The notes: generated by a model not told the origin, from the letters alone. Numbered from the whole stretch's first letter, positions 1 through 13,140 are shown. The stretch: DNA of 62,938 nucleotides, filler included, from Aduncisulcus paluster (GCA_024181965.1; 6 parts of 6 records of this genome joined end to end with filler, not necessarily neighbours in it), one strand, 5' to 3'. Numbers and translations: made by a program.

Positions 1-130
1 GTTGTTGTGTTGTGTTGTGTTGTTGTTGTGTTGTTGTTGTGTTGTTGTTGTTGTGTTGTGTTGTTGTTGTGTGTACGCCATATGTCGTGTTATGTGTTGT
101 ATGTGTACGCCATTTGATTGTGATTGTATG
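1..130. repeat. Degenerate (GTT)n/(GT)n low-complexity tract
   Basis: Almost only G/T (gttgttgtgttgtgttgtg...), decaying after ~75. The 12..215 ORF is a translation of it. Confidence 0.85.
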
Positions 131-408
131 TGTGTTCATGTTTGCATTGATGCTGTATGCGTCATGCGCCCATTTTGATCAGAATACCGTCTGTAGCCGG
201 TATATGCTACTATAAACGGGTCAAAGAGTGTTGTTTGCTTAAATAATAGTTGTTTGTTACGCCAAGAGAATGATCACGAAGAGGAGAACAGGGTTTCGGC
301 CATGAGATGCCCTCTTCAAGTGAGAGGAGGATGTGGTGACCATTCTCAGGGACATTCTAAAAATAGATTGGTTCGCTCGAGATCTGTTTATTAATAAATT
401 GGACCGCA

Positions 409-3103
409 TTATAGTTTAGTTTGGCCACACTAAAAACAAAACAAAACAAAACAAAAAACAAAAAAAAAATTAAATAGTTCAAAAAATAAAAAATAAAAAT
501 AAAATAACAGAAAATAGTAAGCAAACATACAGCTTCATGCCACATTTTTGAAGCGAGAACTTCAGTCGATTGCCGAGCAATAATTTCTTCAGCCGTTTCA
601 TTTCGAGTAAAAGCAAGAGATTTAACGGAAAAATCAAATCTATCCTGTTTAGATTTCCCTTCTATCTCACATAAAACAACATCAGGGAGGTCAATCGGGA
701 GAAAGAACCAAGAATTAATCGCCAGGTCAGGAAATTCATACTTGATCGATTGAATAATTCCTCTTGACGAAGAGAAGGTAAAGATAAGCTGGATTGGGGG
801 ATTAAAAGAGGAAGAAGACGTTAATTCGGAAAGAGAACTAGATATAGCTTTGGGCGTACAACAGATATAGGCTCCTTTGATATCGGAAGGAGGAGAGAAA
901 GGGATTGAAATAGAAGTGAATTTCCCTGCTGTTTTTTCTCCTTTTATCATTTTTTGAGCTTGTGAACTCTGGGTATATCCCCTTGAACCTTCCACATATC
1001 TTTCATTTTTTGCCATAATCCTTTCAAATGCAGGATTGATAATACTTGGAGCATCTCGAGGGATTGGAATACACGAATAATCTCCATTTTGAATAAACTC
1101 GGGTTTTCTCACATAAATATGTCTTTTGAGGAATATAAGAGAGTAAAGCCTAAAATATGGGCTATTCTTCCTCTTTTTCTCCCACATTCCTTTCCCTTGA
1201 ATCTCACACAAAATTACATTCGACAAATCAATAGGAAGGAAGTGCCATTCATATTCATATTTAAGTTCTGTGAATTCATACCTCTTTGAAATCTTTATTC
1301 CATCAGAAAGAGTAAAAGTGAAGAGCAGAGAAGGGATCATATCATTCTTATTTATACAAATGTAAGCACATTTAAAATTGGAAGGAGATGATTCTAGTGT
1401 AGAGAGGAAAGGGATGGAAAGATGAGATAAACGGACATAATCTTCCCCCTTCAACATTTTTAGTGCTCTTGAACTCTGGTCATAATGCTTCGATTCTTTT
1501 TTACAGCTACTATTGATTCCAAATACCCTGTCATATCGGGGCTTGATGACTGCTGAATCATCACGAGGAATGGGAATAAAGGAAACATCTCCAGGATTCA
1601 TGAAAGTGGTGTTTAAAACTGACTAAAGATTGCCCAAATCAAGAAAAAATGGAATTAATGAAAATAATATTATTAAAAACAATACTATCCATAAAATGTT
1701 TGAAAAAAATAAAACAAAATTAAAATAAAATAAACATACAGTTTCAGCCCAATGAGTTTCATACACATGGCGAATATGGGATTCTTCGATTGTTTCTTCT
1801 CGGACAAAATGAAGGCATTCAATTTCAAATATATGGCTATCCTTCTCTTTCCACGTTCCTTTTCCTTCAATTTCACACAAATTAACACTTATTAAATCAA
1901 TAGGAAGGAAGTACCACTCATATTCACGTTTAGGTTCAGTGAATTCATACCAATTAGATGTTTTTTTACCATCACAATCAGTGAAAGTGAAGAGGAGTTG
2001 AGGTGAACTGGAATGTTTGCGAATACAGATATAAGCGCCATAAATTGGACAAGGTGATGGGAAAGGGATAGAAAGATGGGATAAGGATACGAACCAGTCG
2101 CCTTTCAACATACTTTGCGCTTCTGAACTCTGATCACATTTTTCAAGGTCTTTACGATATAAATCATCAGTTTCCTTGATAGCCTTCACCATATCATATG
2201 CAGGGCAAACAATTGTTGGATCATCATGAAAAATCGGAGGATCATATCTATTTCCCTCGGTCACAAACACAGCCTTCATAAGTGTGGCTTCAGACGAACA
2301 AAGTTTCCCAAGATATGATCTTTCTTTGGACTTACAAGGAGTTGTTTCCTCGGAATATTCCATACCTCGAATGAAAACAAGGGAATTGATAATAAAACCC
2401 TTTCCTTCATTTTTAATGATCTCAATATAAAAACTCGAAATATCAGGGAGTTTGATTGGAAGAAAATACCAATTAGACCTATGATGAGGGTTTGATTTGG
2501 CCTTTGAAAAATTAAATATCTTCGTGGTTTTCATTCCTGAAGAAGAGGTGAAAACGAAGGTAAGAAGAGGTGGAAAAGTGTCTTCAAAGAGAATATATGC
2601 TCCTTTTGAGGATGATAACGAAGGAAAATAGTGTTGTCTGGATTCAAAGTTTTCAGTGTGGCTTGAAGGCTCACTTTCAAGGATCTTTGGAATTGATTTG
2701 GCACTGTCAAATTTAATTAAACTGAATTCAGCAGAAATAATTGAGGGATCATCTTGAGGGATAGGAATATGATGATAAGGTCCAGAAATTCCTTCTAGTG
2801 AAATCAGTTTGCCCCCAAGGATAAAAGTTCTTTGCTTAGGAAATTAGAATCAGATTTATGTATTAATTTAAAAGGAGTTAAATTTTAATAAAATAATTGA
2901 CAAAATAAATGATTGAAAGATCATTATGAGAAATGAAAGTTATAAGGAATAAAATAAGTGCATGTACTACATACAGAGATTGAACAACAAGAATTTAAAC
3001 GTGAAAATGTGGATTTTATATCTTCTCTCCCCTCATCTCGGACAAGAGAGCCTTCTGAAACTCTAGATGTTGTTGGCGCCTCTTTTGAATCAATTGAAGG
3101 CAT
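409..3103 (-). CDS. Spliced gene with four ~170-aa repeat modules (lineage-specific family; DOC/APC10-like fold inferred)
   Basis: Exons 3103-2975, 2834-1740, 1622-531. Phase-0 GTATGT..AG introns at 2974-2835 and 1739-1623 join the ORFs in frame (CCSIS|QRTF; HWAET|SVLNTTFMNPGD). A third donor lies at 530, but the last exon is uncertain (acceptor 430 gives a stop at 409; an alternative is at 357). Each module reads IPIPxDxP...SHLSIPF...GAYIC...YEF...WxFLPIDL..VxLCEIxGK...SLVF. Confidence 0.8.
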
Positions 3104-3638
3104 TTTATAATATTTCACAGCAATTTACAAATAAAAATATCACCTCAAAAAAATGGATATTGTTCTTAACACGGAGAAAATGGACAATTCGTTTCAAACT
3201 CCAATTCTATCGATATTGACAATATAACCAAGGAAGTCCATATCATGAGAGTGATATAAATGTATAAATTTGTGAACTAAAAAACATCTATATTTGATTA
3301 TATTGTTGATATCCAGAGATAGGAAAATGAATGCCGGAATAGCGTGTATAGTGTATAATTTCATACATTGGGGGGATTTATTGGGATGTAAATAAATGCT
3401 TTTTTGTGAAATCCATGAAATAATTATCAATTTCCCTGTGTTTAATCAAATCTTCTTTACTTTGGATTATCTCTCGAAATAAAAAGCTTCATCTCGAAAT
3501 AGGAAGATTGGCGAGGTGTTATTGTCGATATTTCTGGCCTTTAATTTGGAAAAAAATCTGATTCAAACGAAATAAACCACATTTCAGAATGTCTTCCATA
3601 TCTTGCATTCAGTACAGTGTAGTACAATGAATATATTT

Positions 3639-6600
3639 TTAAATAATCTTACCAATTTCATTGCACCCCTTTTTAAGGAGATGCTTGGGAGTTGTGTAAA
3701 TTAGCATAAACACCATGGAATTCAGAAATCCAAAGTTATCTCCGCCCATAATAATGACCACGTAAAGGTATAACAGTGAAAACGCTATGAGAGAGAACAA
3801 TAGAGCGATTGAAAATGAAGAGAAGGAGGTGGATCGATTTGTTATGGCGATTTCTTGACCAACGAGAAGCTCGGAGAATCTATCGGACATCATTTCCATC
3901 GATTCGTACTGCAAATATAATTGATGCAGTTGGAAAGTGTCGTCAGAGTTACTGAAAATGTCAATTTGTCCATCGGTTCCGAACAAATCCAACGAAAACT
4001 CACCAACATATTCAGTAATGAAATCGGAAATCAACAAATCAAATGGAGAATTTCTAATGCTGTTTTGAAGCTTTTTAGCGACTTGGATTTTCTTCATCCA
4101 TTGAGAGCTGAATAATTGCATCGAGTTCTTGAACAAAAGCGATTTGAGTGTTTTGTTCGAACCCAGGGATAAAGAACGCCAATCTATGAGTATATCTCTC
4201 ATTTCACTGTCGAGCAGAGGCATCAGAAGATTTGATTCTGGAATGTCAGCATGGGAAATGCCAACCATATTTGTGCCAACACTCATTGAAATATAACGTT
4301 CAGTTTGTACAATGAACCTAAACGATTGGACGTCATGAAGCAGATTGGAGGCTACAATGTAAGTGTATANNNNNNNNNNNNNNNNNNNNATCGAGTTCTT
4401 GAACAAAAGCGATTTGAGTGTTTTGTTCGAACCCAGGGATAAAGAACGCCAATCTATGAGTATATCTCTCATTTCACTGTCGAGCAGAGGCATCAGAAGA
4501 TTTGATTCTGGAATGTCAGCATGGGAAATGCCAACCATATTTGTGCCAACACTCATTGAAATATAACGTTCAGTTTGTACAATGAACCTAAACGATTGGA
4601 CGTCATGAAGCAGATTGGAGGCTACAATGTAAGTGTATAGGATAATGGAAACAATAAGGAATGAAATAGCTATGAAAAACACGAACGAACATCGCTTGAC
4701 TTTATCGATGAATGGAATGGCAGATGGAGATATGTGAGATATCGGGAACTGGTCCTCTTTTTCATCGATGCTACTGTATACATCATACAATTCATGCACT
4801 AAACTGTTAGCGTAATGATCAACACGATCAATAAAAGCCGATCCTTGCACCAAATCGTCCTTATCTTCACCGTGCGACTGATGCTGTTCCTGCTGATATC
4901 TCTTCTTAAATCTGAATCTATTGCTTGTCGGAACAAGAGCCTTGTCATCTCCTTCAGCGAAAGTTACTTGGTATGTTTTGCTGTTTCTTCTCATGACTTT
5001 TGGTCCAAGGGAAGGAAGATGGATGGCGAACAACTCTTTCCAAAAATCAATGCAAGAACTCACAGCCAACTTAACCTGTGAAATCGATACGCTAAAGGAA
5101 AAGATCAAAAAGATTGAGAGACAAAAGAAGAAAGCCACGATAATCCAAAGAATAAACTTAATGTATGAAGATTCTTGGATGGAAAAATACTCGCTGAAAA
5201 TGAAATTCTTAAGAACAGTCATTGAATCTCGAATATTCGTTGAAATATACTCGTTATATTCTATCAATGTCTCAGCAACAGCTCCAGCATAGTTCTGAAT
5301 GGTATTGGAAGCTCCGAATAGCTCCCCAAATTCATCACCAACGTGGGCCCACCAACTTACACAATATTCGTATATCCACTCATCGGAATCTTCAAGGTAA
5401 TAGTATGTTGAAAAATATGAGATAAACTTATTTGAGGAACAATCGGCAACATCGCTATAGTTTTCACTTTCACAGATAGTTGTTAATGTCAGATAAACCG
5501 AATATCCAACACAGAATAAATTCTCATCAATGGTTTCACCAATTAAGTAAGCACTTTCACCAGAAAGGCCAACGAAAGGGATTTCTTTCATGTTATCTGC
5601 ATGCTCAATTGCATCAAGGTAATTAGCAAAGATATCGCCAACAACCGAAGCATTGGTTTCTGCAAATAGTTTCTTTATCAGGTAAGAGGAAGTATATTCT
5701 GAGGAGAGGTCAATTATTCGAGAATCAGCCTCCAAATCTCGAATAACCGAATATAGAACATCAATGGTTCCAGATAAATATGTAGTCATCAAATTAGTTA
5801 GTTTCATGGAAGATTCTTGGAAAATGAGAATTGCAGTGATGTTTTCCATTAAAGTTTCTTCCTTGAGGAACATAAAAACCTGAAGAGTACACATTATACT
5901 CACAAATCCAAAAATAGTCACAGCAGCAAATACATGTTTGGTGGAATTGAATTTGCTTGGGAACTGGAAGAATATCCCGTCAGCATTGAAACTCCGACGA
6001 ACGATTTCAGTTTCATCAGATGTGCCGTGTAACAATGAAAATGGACTAGAAAGTTTCTGTCGATTGCTTAAAGTCGAAGCCGAATCACTATCAACATTTC
6101 CTTTTTCTCCATTTTGTTGATCTTTTTCTTTGCCATCTTCTTGACTCAAGAGCATTGAGTTACCTTTAACACGTTTTCTCAGCATTCTGTAATACATTCG
6201 AGCTAATCGAAGTGAATTCTGAGTCAAATAAGTCACTCTGTTCATGAGAATAAATAGTAAAAACATCACAACAAAGACGATAAAGAAAGGAAGAAGAGAG
6301 AGAGCAAAGTAATGCCTTCTCCAATTATTTTCATATTGTAAATGCTCAGTGATTCGGTGCTGTTCATGTGAAATAATTGTAAACATGTTGATAGAGGAAT
6401 GGGAAAACAATCTAGAATATATTGTGGATGAATTAAAAGCCGTCGAAATGCTGGTAAGTTGATCAAGATCGGGATCAGACAAGGAATCAGAGGATGAATC
6501 GAAATAATCGGCAAGAATACTGTATAAATAATCATTCTCGATTTCATCTGAGCATGACAATGGCCAGAATACTTCCTCAAATATCTGGGAGATCGATTCC

Positions 6601-9586
6601 ATGTTATAATCACTTGATCCATTAACCAAATCAAGAAATACCTGAACAGAATCAACAGAAACATTCAAAATATTGTAAATTACACTCATATCTTGACGAA
6701 TAGCACTGATAATGGATGAAAATTTGGGAATACTTTCGTTTCCTCCAAGAATGCTTAGCGATAGAGTCTTATCCATATTGGTTAAAGTGTCCTCGATTTC
6801 ATCATATCTACTCTGAATCGTTGTCAATATCCCCTCCATTGAAGCTAGTGTATCCTCAGTGGGATTGCTTTCGTAGATGGTTGCAAGGGTATTGTATGTT
6901 TGCATTTCGCCAAGAATCGGGACGAGCGCAACTCGAAGACTTGACATCACAAGACTAAAGATGTTCATGTATTGAAGTTGGTCAATCAAATCAAACACTG
7001 GGGTGTAAGAAGAGTCAGCCAAATTCATAGAACAAATGTGAGCAGTGCCTTCTCCGAGTTGGGTCTCTAATTGTGTGTGAGCATGGGAAAAATTATATTC
7101 ACTAATCGAGAATCCCGACACTGGTGTAGCGATACTAAAAATAGGCGAGCGATGGCACCGAAGTTTGATTCGTTCGATTTCTGCATCATAATGGTATGGC
7201 TCCCGAGGTAATAATGCATCCAACGTGTCGATAATTCCATGCTTAGAGTATAAATATATGCTTAAGACAATTCCAATTGTAGCAATAAAGAACACTGTCA
7301 GTAAAATCATGAGTAAGATGATACAGTTTCCAATGTTAAAGGTTTCATCAGTGATGGAACCGATTCCTCTTTTTTCTTGCGGTCTCAATCTGGTGGCCAT
7401 TGTACTCAAAATATTCTTGTATCGACCATCACTCACATTCACACTTCTCACGACTTCCCGTTGGCCAGATATCATCAATTTGAGCATCCTTGTTTTCTCA
7501 TTTTCAGTATACCGACGTAAAACATTTGTATTCGTGTTTCGATGGTTGTTTGTACTCCTTCCAACGATATTAAACCGCTTTAAAGCTTCATGATCAGACT
7601 CAGGGGAAGAAGAGGATTCATCGTCATCATTATCATCATTTTCCATGGAGAGGAACGTGTGTTGATCGGCAAAAACAGCCTTATCCTCCTGCGATACGTT
7701 AGCAAACACGGCTTCAGATCCATCTTGATTTCCCCATCCATGGAATATTCCTCCTTCTTGCTCTTGAGTATTTTCTTCGGTGAGATCAACTGAATCCCCC
7801 CAGTCAATGGAACTCAGGTCTTTCTTAATCCTGTTCCGGCTTTGACTCTTGCTCCTTGACCTGCTGCGGCTGCGTGACCGACTACGAGTAGCTCCATTGC
7901 CATAACCACTCGATGCATCATCGTACGAGTAAAGACCTGCCCTACTGGATGATTCTGTACTCTTGCTGGATTCGTTACTCTTGCTGGACTCACTGCAATC
8001 GGGAAGAACCTTGAATTTCCCATTGACATCCTTGGAGGACCTGGTTTTCTGTGGAGACTGGCGTTTCTTGAGTTCAGATGCAGAGTAGAACATGGCGACA
8101 GACGAATGCGTCGACGAGGATGTGTCAGAACACGTCGAATTATGGTGATCCCGAGCAGAATCAACAATAATCTCATGGGTTTGAGGCGAAAGATCACCAG
8201 GGTCTTGTCCAGTAGTTGAGAAGAGAGAGAAAACACCGTCTGAAAAGGGGACCGATAGATTAGGTGACAACGGGACAGCCTTTGGGGTGTGACTCAAAGA
8301 AACAGATGATTGAGGAGCAGTTAAAATCACACATTCAGGTCCCCCACTGTCGTCTTTCAAAACAATATCTTCAATGTTCTTTGAGCATGGAGAAGAGGCT
8401 GATGGTTCCTCAACGATGGAATCCATTATGAGCGGATTAATAGTTGAGGTCATAGCGCTCACTGATCGGGTGATATCATTCTCAATAGGAACACTGCTCT
8501 CGCCCTCACTCGAAAGATCATCATTGCTTCTCTCTCTTTTCCTTCGATGGGCTGATTCTTTCTGTCGGCTACTGTATGCATATTTACCTACTTGTTTCTT
8601 GGATGAGGACGAATGCGATGATGAATGTTTCCTTCCTTCCTGCTCTTCCTGTTTGGTTTCTAATTTGGGACTCAATATCTCCTCCTCTTCTTCTTTGTCA
8701 GAGGGGACAATTACTTGTGGTTCCTCTGAAGAAGATGATTCTGTGGGAACAGACAAATCATTCTCGTCGACAACAGTCTCCATTTTGGAATGCAATGAAG
8801 GAATGAACCCATTTGGAGGGATTCCTGGGGTCATTACTCTCTTGGGTCCAGCTCCAGCACTAACTCTTAATCCTCCTTCTTTGACTGGATTTAAAAGAGG
8901 GTATTTTCTTGGGGAAGACATCTTTTGAAGGCTTGATGCAAGGATACTGGCCGACAAGGTGCATGAAGTGCCAGTTCTCACGGATGATTCGGGTCCAAAT
9001 CCTTCATTGTCAACCTTACTCAGCGTTTCGGTCTGTGACGGCACAGGAGACAATGTCTTACGTCGTGAATAGAGCTTTGAAGAGTCGTCCTCATCTACGA
9101 TTTGACCCTCTGTCTCTCTCTCATCTGGGTGTAAACCGACAATTTCTAGTAAATTATTTGAGGAACAAAACTCAACGGCAGTATTAATGTGTTCACGAGT
9201 GCAAGTATCAAGGGCTCCATCATCAGAAAGATCATCGTCAGACTCAGAAATGTGTGTTAAAGCTGTAGGAGGTTCTTTGGATTTAATTGTCAAATAGCTA
9301 CGTGCACTGGTGCTAACATTCTTCTTATTCTTACAAGGATTCTTCTCTCGTCTCAAAGCCTCAGACTCTTTCGTGGGATCTTGACGAGCTGAGATGCTCT
9401 GTGGAGTTTTATGAGTGATTGCTGAACGTAACGAAGTCTTTTTCATACCACTAGAAGTCGTTTCCACAAGGAGATTGAGGTTTTTGGGTGAGGAAACAAT
9501 CCCACGATGGGATGCAGCAGCAGAGTGAGACCTTGAAGGAGACTGGGGAGTTGAGCTTGATGAGGAATGCCCAGCAGAGATGATAG
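3639..9586 (-). CDS. Large multi-pass membrane protein, 5'-partial (Ser-rich N-terminus, three TM-loop-TM units)
   Basis: The frame is open to the contig end. Six hydrophobic segments alternate with long loops. About 90 aa are duplicated artefactually around the N gap at 4370-4389. Confidence 0.8.
4120..4639. other. Scaffolding artefact: 250-bp exact duplication flanking a 20-N gap
   Basis: 4120-4369 is identical to 4390-4639, separated by 20 N. Confidence 0.9.
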
Positions 9587-9686
9587 NNNNNNNNNNNNNN
9601 NNNNNNNNNNNNNNNNNNNNNNNNNNNNNNTTAATTAATTAANNNNNNNNNNNNNNNNNNNNNNNNNNNNNNNNNNNNNNNNNNNN
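9587..9686. other. Artificial contig linker
   Basis: N44-TTAATTAATTAA-N44, with stops in all six frames. Confidence 0.99.
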
Positions 9687-9687
9687 C

Positions 9688-10380
9688 ATTGAATCATTAA
9701 AATTATTGAATCCCCAACAAACGTATTTTCTCACTGCGGCTATCGTCCTACAAGAATGGCCGATTGTTGAAGAATACATTGATTCATTTTATAAATATCA
9801 TCCTGAGGGTTTGACATTGGAGGAAGCTCTACAATCACAAGTTCGTGATGGAGTATTTAAGGTTCACTTATTATCTGTTATTCATGATCGCAGATTTGAA
9901 ACTCCACATGGTACATCTAGGGTCCTTCAAGATGTAGCTTGTATAAAGCGAAATAGTCATAAAGAAAATCAGAGTTTACTATCAAATATTTTAATTCATG
10001 AGAGTTATGCCCATATATGTGCTGTATCTGCCTCTCTTGCAAAGACTGATAAACATTATGAAACCGATGAAAAGCCTGGAGAACCAATCGTCCATTATAT
10101 TAAAGATGCTTTTAGCGGAAATAGTCAGACCTTTTTTGTTTTGCTTGCTGAATATGCTATTTCCCCTCCTCGTTCTCTTGCTAGAGCTATTCATGGGGCA
10201 GTTAAGGGGGTGGGAACAAAGAATTTACTGTTGAGTTATGTCGTTGCCATGATACGAGATAAACCAGATCCAGTTAAAGTTGAATTTGAACGAAAATATA
10301 AAACATCTCTTTCGAAATGGGTTCAATCGGATACCAAAGGGTTTTATGAAAATTTACTCTCTGAAATTCTTGGATTTTGA
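9688..10380 (+). CDS. Annexin (divergent, alpha-giardin-like), 5'-partial
   Basis: C-terminal annexin repeat: LARAIHGAVKGVGTKNLLLSYVV...VKVEFERKYKTSLSKWVQSDTKGFYENLL. The preceding repeat ends IKDAFSGNSQTFF. The frame is open to the contig start. Confidence 0.88.
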   Translation: MESLKLLNPQQTYFLTAAIVLQEWPIVEEYIDSFYKYHPEGLTLEEALQSQVRDGVFKVHLLSVIHDRRFETPHGTSRVLQDVACIKRNSHKENQSLLSNILIHESYAHICAVSASLAKTDKHYETDEKPGEPIVHYIKDAFSGNSQTFFVLLAEYAISPPRSLARAIHGAVKGVGTKNLLLSYVVAMIRDKPDPVKVEFERKYKTSLSKWVQSDTKGFYENLLSEILGF

Positions 10381-10552
10381 AGTAAATATGGTATCATTCA
10401 CATTTGATTTTTAAATCGAAGTTATTAATGATCCTCTTCTTTATTTTATCGAGATGATTTGGTGTTATAGTCTTCCGCCGATCAAGGTCAGAATTCTAAT
10501 TTTCCATTTAATTTCCCTTCGATTGAACAAAATTAAAAAAAAATTGATCCAA

Positions 10553-12649
10553 ATGTTATTCTGCCCTTCATTATCCGTGCTATCTCTGTTATTATTTTTT
10601 TGTTTCTGTTTTTTCCCTCGATCAACCTGTGTATTTGTTGCTGGTAATGATGGGAATGGTGGAGGACAAGCTGGAGTATTAATTACATTTACAGTTAATG
10701 GAATATATGATATTTTCTTCAATGGACTTGAGTATGTCATTCATAGTTTGAATTTTTGAAAATGCTTCTGATGAGTCAATTACACTTATGAGTATGATCT
10801 CTAAATATTTTTTCTCTATTTAGGCCTTGGTTTGATTCCTTTATGGGAACTTTCGGTATGTTGTTTTTATTTTTAATTTGAAATTTCATTTTTTGTTAAA
10901 GTCTCGATTTATAATTTTATTTATCTCTAATAATCAATGACACGATTAGATATACCTGACTTTTCAACTACTGTCGATTTTGGAGTTGGAAAAGCCTCTG
11001 TTTCTCTGCTAAATTTCCAGGTTGTCTCCTACAATTTTTTCCCCGGTGATAAAGTCATTGTTTCCACTATTCCATCAGAGAATGCAGTTTTTGTTGAAAT
11101 GTCTGGCGCAGGCGTCGCCCTTTCTCTTGATTATGATGTTAAGCTTCTTACGTATCCCTATACAGATATGAATGGCTCTGCATCGCTTTCTATTGGGGAT
11201 GCTGGTATAATCACAACAATTTCCGTCACATCTGAACTTGATTCTTCGGATTTATCTTGTAATAATGGATTTCAAGGATGTGGATATCTTCCTCTCATCA
11301 CAACACCCGAGTTGGAGGTTCATATGAACAATATCGCCTTAAAATTCATTGGTGACGCCAGTCCTGTCCTTCAAATGATTGCTGATTTAGTTAGTTCTGC
11401 CATTGTTCCTTTTTTGAGTTCTGCGATATCGGATGAAATAATGAAATTCATTAATAATAATCATATGGATCCAGATATGGGTCTGTATTCTCCAAAGTAT
11501 CTCTCCATGGATAACAGGTCCAAGTACTATTTTGGGTATGCTCAGAGCTTCATTTTTGGGGATAGTTTTATTGTTTTACCAATGATTGGAATTTCTACCT
11601 TTGGCAATACTCCCGGTGAAGATGATGCCGCTGTGTATCCTGATTTTAACCCCTCTAATCTTCCATATGCTGCATTTTCGAGTAGTATTCAGTTTACAAT
11701 TGCATTTGATGCCATTAAAGCAGTATTTTATAATACAATTTACAATTCAAACGAATATTTTTCTGATTGGAAAGGGACGTTTGATACCATTGCATGTGTC
11801 AGTACCGAAGATGGCTGTGTTGATAGCGATAGGAATTGGAATGGGGATCAGTCAAGTGCTTATGTCATCCAGCATAACCTTGGTAGGGATATTGACCAGC
11901 CTCCGAGTAACTTCTCGCCTTTGTATACAACTCGGTATTGGAGCGACCTTCTTCCTGATTTGTACTCTCTTTGTTCCAATTGTTATATTGATTTTACCTA
12001 TACTTTCAATACCGTCGATTATGTTCCAACCGTTCCCGATATTTCCATGCGCGTTGATGGTCTTGATATTGTATATCATGACTTCTACATCATTGTCGAT
12101 ATTGTTCAGGTTGATGACGGGAGTAGTGTTGCCTCTGTTGGAATTTCAGTGGATATTATTGCAGATGCAATCGTGTGGAGTGATCATGCTTACATCAACT
12201 TTCTTCAATCTGTGATGGATTTCGAGAATCTCTCGATTGAATCTTGTGCCATTCCAACTCTTGAATATGGCAATACCGATAAAGAATGTATTATGGGATC
12301 TGCTGAGTGGTTGCCATTTGTCAAACTAATGTCCACACTCTTTTTGGATGATATGTTCCAGAATACCTTCAAGCAGAGTTGGAGAGGTTGGTCTTGGTTT
12401 AATCGTATGCCACTTGCGTATTGGTATGTCTGTACAACTAAGGAGGAAGAGGTCTATTATGCTCCGAAAGGTTCCTCATTACACCGATCTTTATTCGGAT
12501 CGGAGTATGATGAAGATGTTATTAATACCCACGATGAGTATATTATTGTTTCAGCTGAATTTGATGAGTATATTTGTTGTGGATGGGATTTTGATGGTAG
12601 TTCTCGAAATCCGGATGGAACTTGTTATTGTGTCTCACAGGTGTCTTGA
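10553..12649 (+). CDS. BPI/LBP-like (TULIP) lipid-binding secreted protein, 3 exons
   Basis: Exons 10553-10731, 10824-10855, 10950-12649. GTATGT..AG introns of 92 and 94 nt give a continuous frame: signal peptide, then GVLITFTVNGIYDIFFNGLEPWFDSFMGTFDIPDFSTTVDFGVGKASVSL, a BPI N-terminal pattern. Confidence 0.75.
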
Positions 12650-13140
12650 TGTTTGTTTATTTTTAGTTTCTTTGCTACCATCCTTCTTAATATTTTGTTT
12701 TTGTGTTTTTATTTTTTTCTTCTAATTGATTATTTATTGTTACTATTCGAATAATGAAATTTGTTTTTCTCGAATTCTGTACAAAAATGTTATTATTACC
12801 TTAAATCAACGATATTCTTATTTACAATGTTATTATTTTTTTATTGCTTTCTGGTCTTATTTTTCCATTCGACTTGCAACCAACGATGTGAATTTCCTTA
12901 ATTGTTTGATATTCCATTTTTTCTCCATTGAAACCCCGAATTCGGTCCTGATCGTATTTTATGAATTATATGTTCCACTTTCCACAAGACCTATTTTTAT
13001 TATTATTATTTACAATGATAAAACTGAACAGTTGAAAATAAAGATGAAGTTATCAATTTCAAAATAACAAGACTGTCATATGAAAGTAAAATACATAATA
13101 TCTTCCCTTTTTCAAAAAAAAAAAAAAAAAAAAATTCTTG

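Noticed and set aside
1-215. Telomeric repeat or Cys/Val-rich ORF
   Set aside because: The GTT/GT mixture is irregular with no fixed G-rich unit; the ORF is a by-product of the repeat.
4120-4639. Internal protein repeat in the large membrane protein (and likewise 16128-16597 in the BPI-like gene)
   Set aside because: These are exact copies on either side of a 20-N gap, i.e. unmerged contig overlaps.
8374-8928. Long antisense or overlapping ORFs (also 11586..12215, 21235..21723, 45411..45914)
   Set aside because: They are shadows of the real genes and have no independent motifs.
9587-9686. Recurrent TTAATTAATTAA within N runs as a biological repeat
   Set aside because: It is an identical 100-nt six-frame-stop linker found five times, so it is a concatenation artefact.
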